From Prorocentrum cordatum (lineage: Eukaryota): a stretch of 42,579 nucleotides of DNA. Positions within the stretch are counted from its first letter, which is position 1; every line of letters begins with the position of its first letter. Of this stretch, positions 34,698-42,579 are shown piece after piece. The stretch is from the NCBI GenBank assembly GCA_963575745.1, contig CAUYUJ010000292.1, forward strand, positions 620,001-662,579, in the 5' to 3' direction. Position numbers and translations under genes: made by a program. Under the pieces are notes generated by a model, which ran no database searches, was not told where the DNA came from, and saw only the letters and a list, made by a program, of their open reading frames with translations.

Positions 34698-35325
34698 TCC
34701 GTAAAGGGGCCGCCACAAAACGTGCAATGGTTCATCTCGTTGGGCACGGTGCGTGGCAGCCACGCGCTGATGTTGTACGGCGTGCGTATCCCGCACGAAC
34801 GATTGCACGAACCATGGCGAGAGCTTCTGGGAGCACCTTCGCAAAGGACCCCCGACGTCATCCCCCAGAGGTCGACCTCCAGAGGTCTGGGCCCCTTCCC
34901 CCCCGGACCTGTTTTTCGTCCGGTGTCGTTTCCTGACGGTCCCAGGGCCCGGCGAGGGTCCCCAGAGGCCGAAAATCTAGAAAAACCTCCCGTCGTGATT
35001 TTTTGTTGCGATCGGAGGGGGTCTGGGGGTGGAAGAGGAGGAGGAGGAGGAGGGAGGGAGGAGGGATGAGGAGGAGGAGGAGGAGGAGTGAGGAGGAGGA
35101 TGGGGAGGAGGATAAGGAGGAGGGAGGATACAGGAGGAGGAGGCACAGGAGGAGGAGGATGAGGCAGGAGGAAGGCAGGAGGAGAGACGTGAAGGAGGAG
35201 AGGAGGAAGAGGACAAGGATGAGGAGAAGGAGGAGGAGGAGAAGGAGGAGGAGGAGGAGGAGGGACGACGAGGACGACGACGATGAGGACGACGACGAGG
35301 ACGACGAGGACGACTTTATCCCTAC

Positions 35326-35379
35326 CTCGGACAGCGCGGGCGGGGCTGGCGCGCGGCACGGGGCTTCCAGAGGCAGCTC
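35326..35379 (-). CDS. Repeat-module exon (ELPLEAPCRAPAPPALSE)
   Basis: Acceptor CGAG|GAG, donor GAG|GT, 54 nt, phase 0 at both ends. Confidence 0.55.
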
Positions 35380-35459
35380 CTCGGCTGCAACGCAAGGAGC
35401 GGCCCCCTAGGCAAGAGCGACCTCCTTTGGTGGGAGAACGAACGAGGATCACGAGAACC

Positions 35460-35818
35460 AGGAGAAGAAGGGAGAGGAGGAGGAGGAGGAGGAGGAGGAG
35501 GAGTAATAGAAAGAGGAGAAGAAGGAGGAGGAAAGGGAGATGATGGAGACGAGGGGGGAGAGGAGGAGGAGGAGGAGGAAGGAGGAGGAGGAGGAGGAAG
35601 GAGGAGGAGGGGGAGGAAGAGGAAGAGGAGGAGAGGAGGAGGAGAAAGGGAAGAGGAGGAGGAGGAGGATGAGGAGGATGGGAGGAGGAGGAGGCGAGGG
35701 AGAGCGAGAGGAGGAGGAGGAGGAAGGAGGAGGAGGCGGAGGAGAGAAGAGGGGAGGAGGAGGAAGGAGGGAGGAGGAAAGTGAAGGGGAGGAGGAGGAG
35801 GAGAAGGGTAGGAGGAGG
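35460..35818. repeat. Degenerate (GGA)n tract (others at 34444-34605 and 35030-35312)
   Basis: Read directly from the sequence. Confidence 0.95.
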
Positions 35819-36313
35819 TAGTAGTCCGGTCTTATAGGATTGACGGGGCTAGAAAAAGGAGAGGATTCATAGGACGTACGGTGATTATCTAATGTGAGAG
35901 TGATGATGTAGTAGTCGGATGTAGAGGAAGAAGACGCGGAGGGAGGAGGAGGAGGAAGAAGAGGAGGAAGAGGAGGAAGATGAGGAGGTGGGGGAGGGGG
36001 GAGGGAGGGGGATCACGAGGGGGGGGCGGAAGGCAGCCCAATCCAAGCGGGCAAGCAGCCGCTGCCGTATTGCGCTCTAGTCGGCGGCGACGATAAGGAC
36101 GACTAGCCCAAGGATGGGCATTGCACGCAATCGCCCAGGAGCCGCGCCGGAGACATTGATCATCGGCGCCCCTAGGTACATGCAGTGCTTCCCCTTGGAC
36201 TGTTCGCCCCTATCGCGACCTCCGATCAACCATCGGGGAGACCCTGATCAGCCCGCACCCAAAGGTCGCTCCAGCGAAGGGCCACTCTTGCGCGCAGTCG
36301 GAATGGGCCCTGC

Positions 36314-36372
36314 CTCGGCCAGCGCGGGCGGTGCCGGCGGCGGGAGGCACAGGGCTTCCGGCAGGGCTCGAA
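36314..36372 (-). CDS. Repeat-module exon (RALPEALCLPPPAPPALAE); 5' end approximate
   Basis: Homologous to the modules at 35326, 34631 and 34064. Donor GAG|GC. Confidence 0.5.
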
Positions 36373-36712
36373 CTAGACGTTTTTTTTTCGAGCTCGTGCC
36401 GGTGTGGCTCTCCTTTTCTATAAAATCGTTCCGCTATCCCTCATTTCGCATTCGTGTCGCTTTCGCTCGTCTCTCCACTGTCCTCTCGTGGTTCCGTGTC
36501 GCGTTCGTTCTCCTTCCTTCCGTCTCCGCTCCGCCCTTGCTGCGGAACAACATCAAAACGGTCACGGTCCACGAAATCGCCCAAACAGGAGGAGCGAGGG
36601 GCGAGGAGCGAGCAGAGAGGCTCGAAGCAGCGACGAGCGAGACGGACGGGGATCACGAGGAGGAGGAGGAGGAGGAGGAGCGAGCGAGCGAGCGAGCGAG
36701 CGAGCGAGCGAC

Positions 36713-36822
36713 CTCGGCAGCAGTTCGGCTTCGATGCGCGGAGCACGGGCCTTGGAAGATTGGGCGCCTGTCAGCGTCCTGCATTGCTGCTGGCACTGTC
36801 GGTGGGCGGAGCGGTAGGGCGC
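36713..36822 (-). CDS. Candidate exon of a Pro/Ala-repeat gene (ATG at 36784: MQDADRRPIFQGPCSAHRSRTAAE)
   Basis: Acceptor TTCAG|G at 36822 and donor GAG|GT. The 3' part aligns loosely with the repeat module. Confidence 0.4.
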
Positions 36823-37648
36823 CTGAAGGAGCCCGTGGGGGCCTATAAAGCCTTGGGCCCCTCGTCGGCCCTAGACCGTCTCAGACCTCCTAACTAGAGC
36901 AAAACAAGAGGGCGATACACTAGGCTCAACCCTCCCAATCTGCGTTCAAACATGTAGGTACATGCTTAGTGGACGCTAAGGGCACAATCTGCAAACAATT
37001 ATGCGCATCGCGTGCTCACTGTGCCGTGCTAGGTACGACGTACATGTGTGAGACAATGAACGTTATGCTACACCACCGTGCAATGTGGCCGCGCTCACAT
37101 GTCCCAGAGAGCAGGAATCTTAGCCGAAGTAGTCCAGGCTGGGCGGGGATGAGACCGTCCTGGACGGGGCGGGTGGTACAGCTCGATCCTGACGGACAAA
37201 GCTAATTCCACCCCGAACGCATAAGCGTAGGCTGAATCAGAACACTGACGTCAATCGAGACCTCAGAAGGCAGCGCGGCTGCCGCGCCTCAGATCCCGAG
37301 ACTGCACCATCACTCCAAGAAGTCCAGCAACCAGGCAGCTCAAGGCAGGAGTGATCCCGTGGAGCTCGGAAGTGCCAGAGGTGAGCGATGGTACGGTGCG
37401 CTCTGAGGCAAGTTATGGCCAAAGCCAGGTTGGTATGTACACGTATATCCACTGATATCAATAGTATATTGGTGAGTGGTTGGTGTAGGTGAGGGCATGC
37501 ACAGGGCGCATCACCCAGCCGCCTTCACAGAGGCCGAAGCGACTGGACATACTGGATAATACTAGATAGTATTCCATCCAATCAAAGACATTCAAAGACA
37601 TTGAATTGATGCAAGCTCGGATCCACAGATATTGCAAACCCGTTCGTT

Positions 37649-38569
37649 TCAGCATATCTTTTGCTCGTTGACTGCCTGCCTTGGCTTGCTTCCGTAAGCC
37701 AGCCGCGTCCACATCTGCGTATCTCGCATCTGGCGCGCGCGGAGCTGGCTCTGAAGTGCGAGCTCGAGTGTGCTCGGCGGTGCTGACCCCTGGATGGTCG
37801 TGCCACCCGTGTGGGCGATGGCCTGATGCACTGCCTGGCGAAACTGCTGCGCTGTGATCGGCGGTAGTTTGAGCGGCTCCTTGGGCCCCTCGCTGTGCTG
37901 CCCCCTGGCGCGGTTGACTGCGGCGATGACCGATTCGTCCATGAACGGGCTGGCTGCGAGGGAGTTGTACATGATATGTAGCTCGTACGTTTTCGGCTGG
38001 CCCATGGGCGTGCACGCGGCCTTGAGACGGAAGTATGGGACAAGGTCCCCCACGTGCAGGCGTGACATCTTGGTCACCAAAATAGCGAAAGCCTCGAGGA
38101 TCTCTTTCGATGGGCTCGGCAAATCCAGTCGTACCAGTCCTCCTAAGAAGGCGACCACGATATGTATGTGACGGCTGCCCAGATCCTTCTCGCCTGCCTT
38201 TACCTTCTCTGCGTAGGCTGTCCCCATCTCCGCGCCCTGGTCCGTCGCCTCGTTCTCTGGAATCAAGTAGAAGTCCCAGACCGAGCCCGCCAGGTGCCTC
38301 GACATCTGCATCGTGTTGAGGGCGGCCCTCTGTAGCGTCGTCACTTCCTCGGACTCTGCAGGCATTCCCAATCCATGCCCAGCATTCGCACGCCGCTGCT
38401 GGAGCCCACCTTGCGGTGCTGGGCCTTGTCGTGGTCGCTGTGCTGCTGGTGCGGCTGCGGCGCCTGCTGCTTCGAAGGTCTGAGATCGCGGGCGCGTCAC
38501 CGCCGAGGCCGGCGACGTCCATTCCGCTGTCCCCAACATCCTGTGTCTCTGGGCCAGGGACGTGCTCAC
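37649..38569 (-). CDS. Intact uncharacterised ORF (about 300 aa) directly 3' of LINE ORF2; start codon uncertain
   Basis: Protein-like complex sequence (TTLQRAALNTMQMSRHLAG..., LGSRHIH, VPYFRLK, GSAPPSTLELALQ) with no stops, on the same strand as the LINE. Confidence 0.72.
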   Translation of the reverse strand: MSTSLAQRHRMLGTAEWTSPASAVTRPRSQTFEAAGAAAAPAAQRPRQGPAPQGGLQQRRANAGHGLGMPAESEEVTTLQRAALNTMQMSRHLAGSVWDFYLIPENEATDQGAEMGTAYAEKVKAGEKDLGSRHIHIVVAFLGGLVRLDLPSPSKEILEAFAILVTKMSRLHVGDLVPYFRLKAACTPMGQPKTYELHIMYNSLAASPFMDESVIAAVNRARGQHSEGPKEPLKLPPITAQQFRQAVHQAIAHTGGTTIQGSAPPSTLELALQSQLRARQMRDTQMWTRLAYGSKPRQAVNEQKIC

Positions 38570-41500
38570 GCACGTGAAGCAAGTGTGAGTGTAAATCTTG
38601 GTGGACGATACTGCAGCGCCCGCGCGTATAAGGAGGATCAGGCTCGGGCCAGAGATCGGAAGATACGGAGCGGGTTGGGCATTGTCTCGGCATCTGTGCG
38701 GCCATCGCCCAGGCGCGTCTCAGGCATGAGGCCTTGCTCGCAAACGTCGTCATACACCGTGGGCACGTGTTCGTGCAGATGGCGAGCGAGTATTCGTTCC
38801 GAAGTTGGTGAGCGAAAGTACCATGTGCATTTAGGGCCTTCATTGTAGGGCACGTAGCTCCGCAGGCCGTGCCATCGTGCAACTCGTGCATGCACAAGTG
38901 CTCTCCCTCGCCCTCTCCCTTTCGTCGTGCATGACGTGCCCTCGTGCTTGTCGCTCGTCGTCGCGTGATCGCTCTAGCCAGGTGCGGGGAATAGGCTTGT
39001 CCATCTTGAATTTCTTGAATACTGATGCTGCTTCTGTGTCTTTAAATAGCTCCGTGATATTTTGGGTGTCGTGCCAACCACTTGTACAATCAAAGTCTGG
39101 CATGAATCCGTATACCTGGACATGTATGTCGCTGTAGTGCTGGACTGCTTTAGCTAATGCGTTGAGATCGCTCAACCATTGCATAGCCCACGGGGAGCTG
39201 TGTTCGCATACTTTGCCAGTGCTGTCGAGGCGGCGGTGCTTGACGCATTCATCCAAGCGAGTGGTCCCGAATGCCCCCATGAGGACCTGCTCGTGATTGC
39301 CCGGGTCCCTGACTATTGTATGAATCCAACGTAACCGCTGCAACTGGAGCTCGACGGCTGCTGGCGATATTTCCCAGAACTGTAGGGCGCCACGGGGCGG
39401 CATTGTGCGCGTGCGACCATCGTCCAACTTTAGGGCTGCCTTCCCTTTCATCAGACCACGAAGCATTTTTACAATCACGCTGTCCAATCGATCAGCGAAG
39501 TCCTCGGGCAGTACAAAAGCTGGCAGGCCAGAAATCGCAGCAGAGTTAAACAAAGGAAGAGCATGCGCTTCAGCCTGCGCGGGAGTGGCTGGTGCCATGC
39601 ATGCCCGAGAGATCGCCGCCCCGCGCGTGCTGCCTTGATGCGATTGTCCAGCGTGGTGCGCAACGCACCGTCGAAAGGCAATATGGGACCTAAGAGCCTC
39701 GCCTCTCTGTCGACAGTGCCTTGAACGAGCGCGGGGGCGCTGACTGCTTGACGCAAGCGAACGAGCCGTGCCCCATGATGTTCACGATGTGTGTGCTGCT
39801 TTTGCTTATTGAGATGATGTCATGTTTGCAGTACTTGCTCTTGCAATAGGTCAGTTGCATGATTGGGCTGTGCTGCGATATGCGGTGCCACAGGTTTGTG
39901 CGGGTGTATGTGCATGCGCGATACGTCGTCGATAAACGTGCCTACGCCGATGTCGGTGATCCCCCCCGTGATAATACTACGGCATGTGAGCAACTGATAG
40001 CTGAAGTCCCCCTGCCTAAGTTTATCGCACCATGTCTCTATCCCAGGAGTGAATACGTCCACGCAATCCGCAGCGCCACAGCAACCGCAGCGGCAGGGAG
40101 CGCCCCATGGCGGCCCCCTCTCAGCCCTAACCCCCCAAACCCCCCCCCCCCCGCCCCCCCCCCCCCCCCCCCCCCCCCGCACACCCACACCGCCACCACC
40201 ACCACCACCCCCCGTCAATGCTGTTCACGTGCACCGTGGCGTTCTCAAATGGCGGCTCTGGGAAAGGTCTGCTGCTCTGGCGCTACCGTGCTCTCGTGCA
40301 AGGTGCGCAGGCGATCCCTCTCTGTACATGCGAAAGCATTCGCGCCATCGGAGTTCGTGATTGTGCGCGATACTCGTGCACCCCTACATCCCCAGGCCGC
40401 TGAAAAATAAGCTAGCACGCACCCTTCACGACGGCGTCCCCTGAGTCCCCCATGTGCTATGTCACGTGGTACTGGTCGCTTCGTGCGCGCGAGTAACTGC
40501 CCGTAGAAGCTCATGCCGAACGCGTCGTGACAGCGCAGTATCCGTAGCCCTTTGGTGCCGTGCGCTCCGTTGCACCTGGGCTGGAAGAATGAATTCGACC
40601 ATGCGGACGAGGGCGAGGAGGTCATTGTATCTGCGCGAGAACGCGCGAGGGAGATACAAATGCGTGTCGGCCCCATTTGAATACATCTGTCTAGCAATTG
40701 CCATCAATAACGCTTCAGAACCCCCCCCCCAAAAAAAAAGCAGGGCAAACTCGGCGCTTGGGCGCCTGTCATACATATTTGATCTGGCCCATGCGGTCCA
40801 GCTGCGCCTGTTCTATGGCTAGTCCAGGAGATGCCAGCTTCGGTAACATTTGAAAATATGCTGCCATCTCGGTCCAATCAACTGGCTTGGCTCCGAATCC
40901 TCCCTCATCTGCCTTATGTGCGAAACCTTGTGTGGCCTCGTCGACGGTCATGTTGTGTTTTATGCCGAATGCGAAACGCTTTGTTGGTCCCCGTCCAGTG
41001 CCAGAGAGTGATGTCTTCAGTCGGTGTACCAGTGCCCAATCGCGACGCTTCCAAACTCGTTCGAATTGTTATGTTGTGTCTGCGCGTCGCTCAAGAGTAT
41101 GCCGGCGTCGTGCCGCTTGAAGTTCTCGTGTAATCGCACATAGGTTCTTGCACACCTCGTCGTATTTGGAAAAGGTGTAAATCGTTCTGGTCAAATGCTT
41201 TGCTGCCATCTCGCCCCAGCTGCTCCCGTAGTACTGCGCGCTGCTTGGTGAGGCCAATCCTTTCTTTCCTCATGTGTTCGTACTGCTCTGATGGGTGCTC
41301 GCCAGGCGGAAAGACATGTTGTAGACTTGTCTGAGTGTCCTCAATAAATCCCAGCCAGCCTGCACGTCCCCACGGCCCCACACATCTCTCCAAGTTTCCT
41401 CTGGGATCTCCCCCGTATTCTTCTCGAGCTCCTTCAGACAGTCGATCCGCAAGTGGCCGTGCACGTAGGCGCCCATGATGGAGCCTCGGTTAACCACAGG

Positions 41501-42347
41501 ATGGTGTGAGCCCTTGTGGGCTATCTTTTTGTGTATATCCAGCTCGAGGAGTAGAGGTATATGGTCCTGGGGCAATGTCGTGGCTCTGCGCTGTAGTCGC
41601 CGTCCCAGCTGTCGTAACGTCTTCAGAGATTTTATGCGATCCAGGGGCGCGGTCGGGACAATGTAATGGTCAATCTTGCTGCTGGCGATGCCATTGAAGT
41701 AGGTTGGCCCTGTGTCCCAAAAGCTAATGGCCAATGACATATGATGTTCCTCCATGGCGTCCCGTACCCGCTGTGCTACTGGATTTTCCATGCCAGGGTT
41801 CTTCAGTCCTACGAGCTGATCAGCCCGATAATACTTTCGTCCTGTGGCGTCCCGCCGTATGCCAAATGAGCAGTTGAGGTCGCCCACCATAATGAGAAGA
41901 CACTGGTGACCAAGTTTGTCGACGGTCTCTGTGAACCAGGTCATGCATTTGTCCACTGCCTCCTTCAGAATAGATGGCGTGGTACCTTTGGGCGGCAGGT
42001 AAACAGGGAAGAAAACGACCGTACTAGCACCGATGCGGAACTTTGCCATGGCGGTGCGCCCAGCGATGCCTCTAGAACGAGGCGGGAACTGAGTCTGCTG
42101 GAGGGTTCCTTTCAGCTCCGAGTTGAAAAATAGTGCTAGTCCACATGAACGATTTGCCCATCTTGAGTTTCAAGAGCCAAATTGAATGCACGTGTGGTTC
42201 GGCAAGTTTGTCTTCAGCACATTTTCGTCCTTCAAGGCGGCACGCCCTGTGCCGTTTAGCATCAGCACGTCGACCGTCGGCGTGAATCTCCTCCAGTCTA
42301 GTGTGATCTGCCGATTCCACATTATGAGCGAATGCGCGTAGTACCAT
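38560..42347 (-). pseudogene. Decayed LINE ORF2 (APE endonuclease, RT, C-terminal Cys/His region) with multiple frameshifts
   Basis: APE motifs MVLRAFAHNV, VYLPP, VGDLN, GPTY, SKIDHY and DHIP. RT motifs RRREG, DGANAF and FIDD. C-terminal CPRCMTTF..K and H..HV..H. A poly-C/ACC tract at about 40130-40213 interrupts the RT. Confidence 0.88.
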
Positions 42348-42505
42348 GAGGAGACGGATTCCTGCGGGTGGAGGTAAGAAAGGGTAGGAACAGCAGGCCA
42401 GCCTAGTCCTACCGCCCCGCCTGATGTCAACCTCCGCCCGTGAGATGTACGGTGTGGCAGGTGTGGTAGGAGCTCCTGCTGTGCTGAAAGCCACAGCAGT
42501 TCCTA

Positions 42506-42579
42506 GGGGGAGGAGGAGGAGGAGGAGGAGGAGGAGGAGGAGGAGGAGGAGGAGGAGGAGGAGGAGGAGGAGGAGGAGG
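42506..42579. repeat. (GGA)n tract running off the window end
   Basis: Read directly from the sequence. Confidence 0.97.

Noticed and set aside
37458..38560. 3' extension of the 479-aa ORF overlapping the 306-aa ORF
   Set aside because: Beyond the Cys/His region it is Arg/Gly/Pro-rich, as expected for an alternative frame. The 306-aa frame looks like the real one.
42170..42185. Partial SL-like string (CAATTTGGCTCTT on the minus strand)
   Set aside because: It lies within the endonuclease coding remnant and the match is too short.

Overview
GC-rich, microsatellite-dense eukaryotic genomic DNA, almost certainly dinoflagellate (Prorocentrum-like). The evidence is tiny exons with GC/GA donors in an AG|G context and a near-perfect dinoflagellate spliced leader (DinoSL). 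Main contents: (1) a minus-strand multi-exon gene for a two-RRM RNA-binding protein (Musashi/hnRNP A-like), from about 19.4 kb to beyond about 0.83 kb, with one intron that has no AG acceptor; (2) in one of its introns, a decayed retroposed sequence that starts with a full DinoSL followed by a Zn-finger/coiled-coil, LINE-ORF1-like frame; (3) a cluster of MITE-like and foldback repeats, densest at 17-25 kb; (4) a single-exon ORF at 26.3-27.0 kb and a set of repeated Pro/Ala-rich mini-exons at 34-36.8 kb; (5) a young, 5'-truncated non-LTR retrotransposon (RT, Zn finger, RNase H, Zn motifs) inside a (GGA)n tract; (6) a decayed APE-RT LINE at 38.5-42.35 kb followed directly by an intact about 300-aa extra ORF on the same strand. 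Most ORFs in the six-frame track are microsatellite or GC-content artefacts. Family assignments come from motif recognition; no database searches were run.
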